Shown piece after piece: positions 19,561-27,196 of a stretch of DNA of 31,232 nt. The translations under genes and the position numbers were made by a program. The stretch's first letter is position 1. Each line of letters opens with the position of its first letter. This DNA comes from Promethearchaeota archaeon (GTDB taxonomy: Archaea > Asgardarchaeota > Lokiarchaeia > Sigyniarchaeales > SOKP01), in assembly GCA_018238625.1 (NCBI GenBank), contig JABCSY010000048.1, positions 1-31,232 of the forward strand, in the 5' to 3' direction. The notes below the pieces were generated by a model. The model was not told the origin of the DNA. It did no database searches and saw only the letters and a list, made by a program, of their open reading frames with translations.

Positions 19561-19851
19561 ATGGTGTATCACGTGAAACTAAATCCGCTTGGCTGGTTAA
19601 CTCATTTAGGATGGCTTGGGTTCATAGGTTCTATATACTTTCCATTATATTACCTATATTTATTATTTCTCTTGATATTCTTAGTGTTTATCCCTTATAA
19701 CCCCCAGAATCCCAAAAAAAGAGGACATAGATTGATGTTTATGGGTTTGATAGGATTTCTCGGTTTTCTTTATATTCTCTTGCCAACGTTGTATGTTCTC
19801 TTCTCTTCATTTTCTTTATTTACACTAGGAATCATTCCTAAGGATTTATAA
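19561..19851 (+). CDS. Small hydrophobic membrane protein with internal two-fold repeat (DUF3796-like LGxLGFxG motif)
   Basis: LGWLGFIGSIYFPLYYLY versus MGLIGFLGFLYILLPTLYVL, separated by a charged loop; followed by a T-tract at 19868-19876. Confidence 0.65.
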   Translation: MVYHVKLNPLGWLTHLGWLGFIGSIYFPLYYLYLLFLLIFLVFIPYNPQNPKKRGHRLMFMGLIGFLGFLYILLPTLYVLFSSFSLFTLGIIPKDL

Positions 19852-19895
19852 ATAATTAAAATAACTCTTTTTTTTTATTCTCAGTTTAAAACATT

Positions 19896-19924
19896 GATTT
19901 CAATCTCTAATTGATCTATGATTT
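19896..19924. repeat. Direct repeat C: copy of 20542-20570 (last codons of the Fe-S gene)
   Basis: GATTTCAATCTCTAATTGATCTATGATTT versus GATTTCAATTTCTAATTGATCTATGATTT, 28/29 identical. Confidence 0.9.
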
Positions 19925-20002
19925 ATAACTCCTAACTGTCTATAATAATCAATCCTAAGATTAATAATTTAAACTATAAATACATTTTAAATATTGAAGA
20001 AT

Positions 20003-20188
20003 ATGCAAACAATAAAAGAAAAGGTAATTGAATCAATTAAAAAGCTTCCAAATGATGCTAATTACGACGATATCATGGAATCAATTTATGTTCAGCAAAT
20101 GATTACGAAAGGTATTGAGCAGTTGGATAAGGGAGAATTTATATCCCATGAGGATGTAAAAGAAAGGTTTAGAGAATGGTTGAAATAA
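20003..20188 (+). CDS. Putative antitoxin of a RelE/ParE-type type II TA system (ORF track starts at TTG 19994)
   Basis: 61 aa with the C-terminal ITKGIEQLDKGEFISHEDVKERF pattern typical of such antitoxins; 13-bp overlap with the toxin gene. Confidence 0.8.
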   Translation: MQTIKEKVIESIKKLPNDANYDDIMESIYVQQMITKGIEQLDKGEFISHEDVKERFREWLK

Positions 20189-20460
20189 GATGGTCTCCTA
20201 TAGCAACTGATGATTATGAATCAATAATTAGGTATTATGAGAAAACTGCACCAAAATTTGCTCAAAACTTTGCTAAGAAAATTATCTATATTATTGAAAA
20301 TCTAATTCAATTTCCCAAAATGGGTAGACTTGTTCCTGAGTTTGAAAATACAGAAATAAGAGAAATTACTTATCGAAATTTTCGAATAATATACCGTTTA
20401 CAAGAAAATTTATTAGAAATTGCCAGAATTATCCACGGAAGCCGTATCCTGAGGATTTAG
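20176..20460 (+). CDS. RelE/ParE family toxin
   Basis: IRWSPIATDDYESI, LIQFPKMGRLVPE, IREITYRNFRIIYR, IARIIHGSR. Confidence 0.9.
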   Translation: MVEIRWSPIATDDYESIIRYYEKTAPKFAQNFAKKIIYIIENLIQFPKMGRLVPEFENTEIREITYRNFRIIYRLQENLLEIARIIHGSRILRI

Positions 20461-20498
20461 TTTTAGAATTTCATTTTCTAAAAAGTAATTTTGGAATA

Positions 20499-20570
20499 AA
20501 AAAATAAGGAAAATTGATAATTCCATTTATTTTTACTTCTCGATTTCAATTTCTAATTGATCTATGATTT
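20499..20570. repeat. Direct repeat B: intact 72-bp copy (3' end of the Fe-S gene plus downstream sequence)
   Basis: Matches A over 20499-20550 and C over 20542-20570. Confidence 0.9.
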
Positions 20571-21711
20571 CCATTAGGTCAAGTACTTCAAATTCAAAGT
20601 TATAATTTTTGTTAGCGTCGCTTAAATTCGTCCTACAAAAAGGACATACTGACGATATTACCGTTGCTTCTGTTTCCTTCGCTTCTTCAAGGCGTTCCTT
20701 TGATATCTCTACAGACCATTCAGGATATCCTATTTTTACGCCACCTCCAGCCCCACAACACCAAGAAAAATTTCTATTTCTTCTCATTTCTACTAACTTT
20801 AACCCTGGGATTTGCTTGTAAATCGCTCGAGGAAGCTCATACACACCCATATGCCTTCCAAGATGACAAGGGTCGTGATAAGTCACTGTTTTATTATATT
20901 CCGATTTAAACTTTAATTTATCGTCGTCTAATAGTTGTTTTACTAATTCTAAAGTGTGGAACACTTCAAAATCGTATTCTTCGCCAAATTTTTCGAAATC
21001 TTTCTTAAATGTTCTATAACAACCCGCACACGAGGTAATAACTTTAGTAGCTCCCGTGTTTTTAATTTGAGCGATATTATAGCTCATATAATCCTTAACA
21101 ATGCCAACCTGACCCGTTCGAATCATGGGGCTCGTGCAACAATGCTCATCTATTAAAGTGAAACTTATACCGCTTTTTTTTAGGAATCTTAAGGTTGAGT
21201 CCCTTAAACTTTGTTGGCGGTAATTAGAAGTGCATCCAATATAATAAACCCAATCTGCTTTATCTGGTAAGTCAAATTGTTTTTTCAAATCTTCATTATC
21301 GGAGTTAGACTCTCCATAAGGATTACAATTCTCTTCGCAACGAGAAACCAGAAACTCTTGGTTTTTAGCGGGCCCAATATGTTTTACAGCTAATTCTCTT
21401 AGAGCCTCTATCATATCTACTATAAAATCGGCGTGAGGCGCTTGACAAGCGTCCATACAAGCTCCACAAGTTGGACAAGCAAAAATCGCGTCTTTTAAAT
21501 CTTCAGACCATTCCAATTCGCCGGTTACGACGCCTCTTATCATTCTTATTTTCCCAGATGCCCAATACGATTCGAATAAGAACTCTTCTCCCGAAGGACA
21601 CGAAGGTTCAAAACCTTTATAAGAATATTTACAAGTAGAGCAACGGATACAGTTATCAAATGCTAATTCCAAAACATCTTTTCCCATTAGACTTTTATCA
21701 ATTTCTACCAT
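20533..21711 (-). CDS. Fe-S oxidoreductase, GlcF/GlpC/HdrD family (two 4Fe-4S motifs + two CCG domains)
   Basis: CIRCSTC, CPTCGACMDAC, YYIGC, EHCC, SCAGC, TYHDPCHLGR, CCGAGGG, CPFC. Confidence 0.92.
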   Translation of the reverse strand: MVEIDKSLMGKDVLELAFDNCIRCSTCKYSYKGFEPSCPSGEEFLFESYWASGKIRMIRGVVTGELEWSEDLKDAIFACPTCGACMDACQAPHADFIVDMIEALRELAVKHIGPAKNQEFLVSRCEENCNPYGESNSDNEDLKKQFDLPDKADWVYYIGCTSNYRQQSLRDSTLRFLKKSGISFTLIDEHCCTSPMIRTGQVGIVKDYMSYNIAQIKNTGATKVITSCAGCYRTFKKDFEKFGEEYDFEVFHTLELVKQLLDDDKLKFKSEYNKTVTYHDPCHLGRHMGVYELPRAIYKQIPGLKLVEMRRNRNFSWCCGAGGGVKIGYPEWSVEISKERLEEAKETEATVISSVCPFCRTNLSDANKNYNFEFEVLDLMEIIDQLEIEIEK

Positions 21712-23193
21712 TTATGTACCCCACCTTCCTGGGTTAAATATGTTATTTGGATCCATACAATTCTTTATTTTCTCAAATAGGTTAATCCATCCTGGGTTAA
21801 TCTTCTTGCGCATCTTTTCCGTCATCCAAACAGGGGTTTTGTAAGGTATACACCCCAAATCGACGCTTACTTCAGTTATCTCTTCTAATAACTCGTGGAA
21901 TCTTTCTTCCTCGCCTTCTTTAAACTTGTTATAACGCATAATAGGGCGAAATATCGCGTAATGACTTGATTTCATCATTTTCATGTAAATAAATGGAGTG
22001 ATATCGTGTTTATTAAATAAATTATACACTTTTTCGATTAGTTCCTCGAGTTTATGACTTGGAGCATACGAGCCAAACCAAGTTAATCCTGAATACTCTA
22101 CTAGTGGAAGTACTACGGAGGGTAAATCGAGGTAACACCTAAGTCTTAAGTTAAATAATTTGACGTACTCGTCAGCATTAATCAAAATAACTTTTTTTCC
22201 TTGTTTATTTAAATTCTCGATTTCGTTGGATAAAATTTCCATTCTAGCATTGAATTGATTTTTTGTTTTTGCCGAGATTGAAAACATCACTGCGAAATAA
22301 GGTTCACCCGGAAATCTTTTGGGTTCAGGAATTTCTACGGCCATTTTTACTACTTCGACGCTAACTGCTGAAATATCGTCTATAATATCAGTTCTACCAA
22401 CCTCCCTCATTACTGAAGCTACATCTGTAAGTCCAAAAACTACTGCGATATAAGTTTGCTTGATGGATGGATTAGGCCATAGTTGAACGGCGCATTTTGT
22501 AACTAAACCTGTCATACCTTGCCAATTTACAAAGAGACCCATTAAGTCTGGCATAGGATATCTACACCACCAACTATCGGGGGCTGCCTCGTTCTTTCCA
22601 TAAAAGCACGAACCTATCCTAGCGATTTCGCCGTCAGCAGTAAGTACTTCTAAACCGTTAATAGAATCGCCCATCGATCCAATTTTACACGAGAGATTAT
22701 TCATACCACTCAATATCACGTTTCCAACAACCCCTGCGTATGGAGGTGCATAAGGATAACTATATCTCAAGTGTGGGTAATTTTCGTCTAAGTGCTTTTT
22801 CAATTGACCAAAGGTAACTCCAGGCTCAAGGATTGCGTACATCATATTATCGTCAACATGCAGAATTTTATTCATCTTTTTACCAAAATCAATGAGAATC
22901 CCACCGTTTTCCGGAATCGTTAAACCCCCTACGTTATTTCCAGATATGTAAGGAACAATTGGAATTAAATTGGAATTACAAAACTTAACTAATTCGATTA
23001 ATTGCGAGGTATTTTCAGGAATAACTATGAAATCAGGCATGTGAGGCTTACATTCGGTCATATCATACGAATAGGGGTATAAATCTCCTGATTTATTGGT
23101 TACATATTTTTCTCCAAATATTTCGACTAACTTTTTAAACACATCCTCTTTGCTTATCTTCTCATACAAATTTCTTTCTTTTGTTTCTGTCAT
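21712..23193 (-). CDS. FAD-binding oxidoreductase, VAO/PCMH/GlcD family
   Basis: YSYD...PDFIVIP, GGILIDF..MNKIL, EPGVTF, GLEVLTADG, GLVTK and the C-terminal DPNNIFNPG; directly abuts the Fe-S gene. Confidence 0.9.
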   Translation of the reverse strand: MTETKERNLYEKISKEDVFKKLVEIFGEKYVTNKSGDLYPYSYDMTECKPHMPDFIVIPENTSQLIELVKFCNSNLIPIVPYISGNNVGGLTIPENGGILIDFGKKMNKILHVDDNMMYAILEPGVTFGQLKKHLDENYPHLRYSYPYAPPYAGVVGNVILSGMNNLSCKIGSMGDSINGLEVLTADGEIARIGSCFYGKNEAAPDSWWCRYPMPDLMGLFVNWQGMTGLVTKCAVQLWPNPSIKQTYIAVVFGLTDVASVMREVGRTDIIDDISAVSVEVVKMAVEIPEPKRFPGEPYFAVMFSISAKTKNQFNARMEILSNEIENLNKQGKKVILINADEYVKLFNLRLRCYLDLPSVVLPLVEYSGLTWFGSYAPSHKLEELIEKVYNLFNKHDITPFIYMKMMKSSHYAIFRPIMRYNKFKEGEEERFHELLEEITEVSVDLGCIPYKTPVWMTEKMRKKINPGWINLFEKIKNCMDPNNIFNPGRWGT

Positions 23194-23211
23194 GTATTTG
23201 TTTTCACCTCA

Positions 23212-23634
23212 TTATCTTGTTTCCTTGTTTAATTCAAAATAATTATTGTTGGGGTCTGAAGCAACCATTTTCATCGTTTTTAAAAAGATTTTCATGAATT
23301 TTAACACAGTTCCAATTTTAAACAATCCTTTAATTTTGAACTTACGTTTAAGGAATGCTTTTACAGGATTTAATCTGCCAAAGGCCAAATCTAAAAACGA
23401 GTATATGTCCATTTTTACTTTCAGATTTATCTTTTTATCAAAATCCTTTGTTTTAAATTTTATTTCATTGCGGTCAAATATAACTTCGACTGGGTAAAAA
23501 CCATCAACCTCAATTAAAACTGTTTTGTTCCAGTTTAAGACTAGATTTATGAAATCCTCATCGTCTTTTCTATAACTTAAAATATTTTGCAATGTAATCG
23601 TAATCAAATCTTCTCCTTTTTGAATCGAAATCAT
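23212..23634 (-). CDS. SCP2 sterol/lipid-binding domain protein
   Basis: FLDLAFGRLNPVKAFLKRKFKIKG matches the SCP2 C-terminal signature (G.l.p..Af..gk.ki.G). Confidence 0.78.
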   Translation of the reverse strand: MISIQKGEDLITITLQNILSYRKDDEDFINLVLNWNKTVLIEVDGFYPVEVIFDRNEIKFKTKDFDKKINLKVKMDIYSFLDLAFGRLNPVKAFLKRKFKIKGLFKIGTVLKFMKIFLKTMKMVASDPNNNYFELNKETR

Positions 23635-24009
23635 TTTTATTTTCCTACTAGTATTTTTGTATGTATAAAAGTAAAATCGACTTTAGAATTTAAATAGTTA
23701 ATCTTTCGAAAATGCAATTTTATTTTATGAAAATAAAAAAATCAGCCTACTTCAACATGAGATTCTAGTTTTTTAATCAGATCATCAACGCAACTAAGGT
23801 CAGTAATTTCTATCGAGATTTGGAAATTAGGATTTATCCAAGTCCGAATAATAAATCATTTAGATAATGAGAATTACACATTCAAAAGATAATTGTTTCC
23901 TATAAAATCTTAAATACAAATCTTAAAAAACGGTTAAAACCTAAATAAAAATTAATATCCCTTTATTATAATTTTATACTGGATTATTCCGAATAAGGTA
24001 AAAAATTTA

Positions 24010-24777
24010 ATGGAAAATAAAATTATTATAGAAAAGATAAGAGATTTCTTAGAAAAGGAACGAAAGCACGGAAAACCCTTGGTCTATTATCGTTCAGACT
24101 CGAATCACACTGCTTTTTTAAATAATTTTGGGACTAAAGTTGAATTAAATAAATTTAAAGAAATCATCCTTGAAGAAGAGACGGGTATAGAACTTGGTGG
24201 GATGAAAAAGAAATCCTTCTTAACAGTATTTCCAACTGAAGATGCTCAACTAATCGAAACTGGAAAAATAAGTTTATTGGGTCCAGAAATTGATAAATGT
24301 TTGGATAAAAATATAGATTTTGGGATGATGATTTTAATTGGAGTCGAAAACAGCACAGAGACGGACATAAGCGAGTTAAGGCAATTGAGTTTTATCTCAG
24401 ATGGCATAGAAGGGTTTTCCATTCGTTCGATCCCTCGCAGATTTTGGTGCAGATTAAGTACATCAACCCTACAGAAAGGATTTTCGTTCGAATTTTTAGG
24501 AAATGCTATTATTTCTCTATACAAACAAAAATTTAAAGGTTTAATAAAAACTATAGAAGTTATAATAATTAGTTCATATCCAGATTCTATTGAAAGATTC
24601 ATAACGCTATCGTCAGAAATTACGGACAAGTTTAAAGAAAAATGGAGAAAGAAAATAGAAGAATGGAAAAAGAGGATTGACTGTGATTACGATTGGGGCT
24701 GTGAAATATGCCCTTATCAAGTAGAATGCTTAGATATTAAACAAGTATTGGTCTCAAGAGAGGAGATTGAGAAATAA
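24010..24777 (+). CDS. CODH/ACS beta-subunit (CdhC)-related small protein
   Basis: ELGG....F, GKISLLGPEID, EGFSIRSIPRRFWCRLS..LQKGFSF..LG resemble the CdhC/AcsB middle domain; C-terminal CDYDWGCEICPYQVEC. Confidence 0.65.
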   Translation: MENKIIIEKIRDFLEKERKHGKPLVYYRSDSNHTAFLNNFGTKVELNKFKEIILEEETGIELGGMKKKSFLTVFPTEDAQLIETGKISLLGPEIDKCLDKNIDFGMMILIGVENSTETDISELRQLSFISDGIEGFSIRSIPRRFWCRLSTSTLQKGFSFEFLGNAIISLYKQKFKGLIKTIEVIIISSYPDSIERFITLSSEITDKFKEKWRKKIEEWKKRIDCDYDWGCEICPYQVECLDIKQVLVSREEIEK

Positions 24778-24800
24778 ACGGATAAATTGAGGCGTATAAA

Positions 24801-25577
24801 ATGAATAACCAGAGAAAAAAACCACTTATAATTGCTATTGTCGGAAAAGGAGGCGTTGGTAAAACGATAGTAACAACTCTTATTGCTAAAGCAATTTCAA
24901 TCTCTTATAATTATAAATTATTACTGATTGATGCAGACCCTACTCATCCACATCTTAGTAAAATGGTTAATTTACTTCCAGAGAAAAGTCTCGAGATGGT
25001 TAGAGCCGAATTAATTGATAAAACAATAAATAAAAAAAAAGATATCAAAACGCTAGCAGAGAACATAGATTTTGAGGTTTATAGTGCTATTAAGGAGAGT
25101 AAAGATTTTAGCCTGTTTTCAATTGGTCAGCCCGAAGGTCCAGGGTGTTTCTGTCCTTCGAACGCTTTGCTTCGAAAAGTCATAGAATCAATTTCTAGCG
25201 ACTTTGAAGTCGTCTTGATCGACTGTGAAGCGGGACTTGAACAAATTAACCGTATGGTAATTAAATCTGTTGATATTATCTTAATTATCTCAGATATATC
25301 TCTAAGGAGCATAGACACTGCAAAGTCAATTAGAAAAAGCGCTAAAAAATTTACAAGTTATAAAAAAATAGGAGTTATAATAAATAGAGCTAAAGGCGAT
25401 ATTACTAATATTCTGGATAAGCTTAGAGAATATGATTTACCTTTATTTGCATTAATTCCTGAAGATGAGATTCTAACTAAATTTGATTTAGAAGGTAAGG
25501 CTATAATTGACGTTCCAGAAGATTCTAAAAGTTTTCAAAAAATAACAGATAATATAGAAAAATTACTAGAAATCTAA
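24801..25577 (+). CDS. cooC: CooC/AcsF-type nickel-insertion ATPase (CODH/ACS maturation factor)
   Basis: Deviant Walker A GKGGVGKT, LIDADP, metal-binding GCFC, IDCEAGLEQINR. Confidence 0.88.
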   Translation: MNNQRKKPLIIAIVGKGGVGKTIVTTLIAKAISISYNYKLLLIDADPTHPHLSKMVNLLPEKSLEMVRAELIDKTINKKKDIKTLAENIDFEVYSAIKESKDFSLFSIGQPEGPGCFCPSNALLRKVIESISSDFEVVLIDCEAGLEQINRMVIKSVDIILIISDISLRSIDTAKSIRKSAKKFTSYKKIGVIINRAKGDITNILDKLREYDLPLFALIPEDEILTKFDLEGKAIIDVPEDSKSFQKITDNIEKLLEI

Positions 25578-25671
25578 AGATTCAATTAATTATTCTTTTC
25601 AAGCTAAATCTATAATTTTAAAACCTAATAAAAGCACCAATCTAACATATTTCTCTTAATTTACTATTTAT

Positions 25672-25684
25672 AAAAGTTTAAATA
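25672..25684 (+). promoter_or_regulatory. Possible archaeal BRE/TATA element upstream of the GTPase gene
   Basis: AAAAG-TTTAAATA about 105 bp upstream of ATG 25790; weak evidence in an AT-rich background. Confidence 0.3.
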
Positions 25685-25789
25685 CAAAAATTTAGATTGA
25701 AGAATCAAGAAAGTATGTCTTATTTTTAACTAAAACTAAAAAAAATACAGTATAATTATAGATCTTTAATTGTATAGCATTCTGGGTTA

Positions 25790-27175
25790 ATGAAAATGTT
25801 GCGACAAATATATATCTTAAAGGATGGGAATATAATATACGAGAGAGACTTTGGTAAAGTCTTATCTTCAGAAAGTTTTCAAAGCATTTATCAAGAAGTT
25901 GAAGCAGAGATATCTCGTGGTCTTTTAAACGATTTTGGAAGCTCTAATTTTTTTAAACATAGAATAACATATACCCTAGACAGAACTTCAAAATTAATCT
26001 TCATATTCATAACTGGATTCAATGATGATATAGAAACTGTAAAAATAGAATTAAATAAATTAAAGAATGATTTCTTGGAATCATTTGGTGATATTCTCGA
26101 CAATTTAGATCCGTCGCTTTTTGAAATATTTAACCCATTAATAGAATCAATTCATAAAAAGATAAAAACCAAAATCTCGTTGGTAGGATTTTCTGGAGTT
26201 GGGAAAACAACAATTACTAAATTAATATGTGCGGAAGAAGTTCCCGAAACGCATATTCCTACAATAACAGGTCAAGTTTCCACTATTAAAATTGGAAAGT
26301 TAACCTTCCATTTATGGGATTTTGCTGGTCAAGAACAATTTAGCTATTTATGGAACGATTTTATCCTGGGGAGCGATGCTGTACTCTTAATTACAAACTC
26401 AACTTTAGAAAATGTAGAGAAAAGCAAATACTTCGTTGAATTAATAAATGAACAGACACCAAACGCACACTCCGCTGCAATTGCAAATAAACAAGACTTA
26501 GATGGGGCGTTAAGCGTTGAAAAGATCGAAGAAATACTTGGAATCAAGTCATATTCGATGGTTGCAATTGAACCCAATAATCAAGGCAAAATGGTCCAAA
26601 TCGTTGCAGATATCTTAGAAATGAACATGGAAGAATCAACGCTATTGAAACCTTTATTTGAAAGAGATCGATTAATTCAATTGGCTAATAAAAGCTTAGA
26701 AAACGGAGATATTGCTGAAAGTGTGGTTTATTTTGATAAAATCGCAGATTTGTGTCTTGATTTGGGAGATGATGCTCTTTATAAAGAATTTTACCAAAAA
26801 TCTGAAAAATTAAAACGATATCTACCTGATAGTGATGGTTTAGCAAATTTTCAACAACAAGAACAAGAACAAGAAAAAGAAGTTATTGATTACTCTACTG
26901 ATAGTGATGGTTTAGCAAATTTTCAAGAACAAGAACAAGAACAAGAAAAAGAAAAAGAACAAGAAGTTATTGATTACTCTACTGATCCGAATGACCCAGA
27001 TAGTGACAATGATGGAATGCTAGACGGATGGGAAGTAAACAACAGCTTAAACCCTAATGTTGATGACTCTACAAACGACTCTGATGGTGATAGTTTAACA
27101 AATCTTCAAGAAGATCAAAACAATAAAAAACAAAACAAAACAAAAAAAAAACTTTTTTTTTTTACAAAAAATTAA
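25790..27175 (+). CDS. Longin-like domain + Ras-superfamily (Arf-like) small GTPase fusion with helical and acidic TSP3-like C-terminal regions
   Basis: G1 GFSGVGKTT, G2 PTIT, G3 WDFAGQE, G4 NKQD. The N-terminal ~125 aa have a beta-beta-alpha-beta-beta-beta-alpha-alpha hydrophobic pattern. C-terminal DSDNDGMLDGWE and DSDGDSLTNLQE motifs. Confidence 0.9.
   Translation: MKMLRQIYILKDGNIIYERDFGKVLSSESFQSIYQEVEAEISRGLLNDFGSSNFFKHRITYTLDRTSKLIFIFITGFNDDIETVKIELNKLKNDFLESFGDILDNLDPSLFEIFNPLIESIHKKIKTKISLVGFSGVGKTTITKLICAEEVPETHIPTITGQVSTIKIGKLTFHLWDFAGQEQFSYLWNDFILGSDAVLLITNSTLENVEKSKYFVELINEQTPNAHSAAIANKQDLDGALSVEKIEEILGIKSYSMVAIEPNNQGKMVQIVADILEMNMEESTLLKPLFERDRLIQLANKSLENGDIAESVVYFDKIADLCLDLGDDALYKEFYQKSEKLKRYLPDSDGLANFQQQEQEQEKEVIDYSTDSDGLANFQEQEQEQEKEKEQEVIDYSTDPNDPDSDNDGMLDGWEVNNSLNPNVDDSTNDSDGDSLTNLQEDQNNKKQNKTKKKLFFFTKN
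26826..26986 (+). repeat. Intragenic tandem repeat (72-bp and 84-bp units) with internal CAAGAA/AAAGAA microsatellite
   Basis: Units start at 26826 and 26898 and encode DSDGLANFQ-(QE/KE)n-VIDYST; the 12-bp length difference lies in the hexamer tract. Confidence 0.92.
27142..27163. terminator. A10-C-T11 inverted homopolymer, likely bidirectional terminator for the convergent genes
   Basis: AAAAAAAAAACTTTTTTTTTTT gives a T-tract on both strands; it lies within the last codons of the GTPase gene. Confidence 0.55.
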
Positions 27176-27196
27176 AATAAAAAATAAAAAAATAAT

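Noticed and set aside
19432-20570. Classical integron (attC) or IS element as explanation of the repeats
   Set aside because: There is no integrase or transposase, no RYYYAAC/GTTRRRY attC pairing and no terminal inverted repeats; the repeats are copies of a host gene end.
23742-23855. Short minus-strand frame (FIIRTWINPNFQISIEITDLSCVDDLIKKLESHVEVG*) in the divergent intergenic region
   Set aside because: No in-frame start codon and no recognisable motif; it could be a gene remnant but is unsupported.
26826-26986. CRISPR-like repeat-spacer array
   Set aside because: Only two units, in frame within a CDS, and the intervening sequence is a microsatellite rather than unique spacers.
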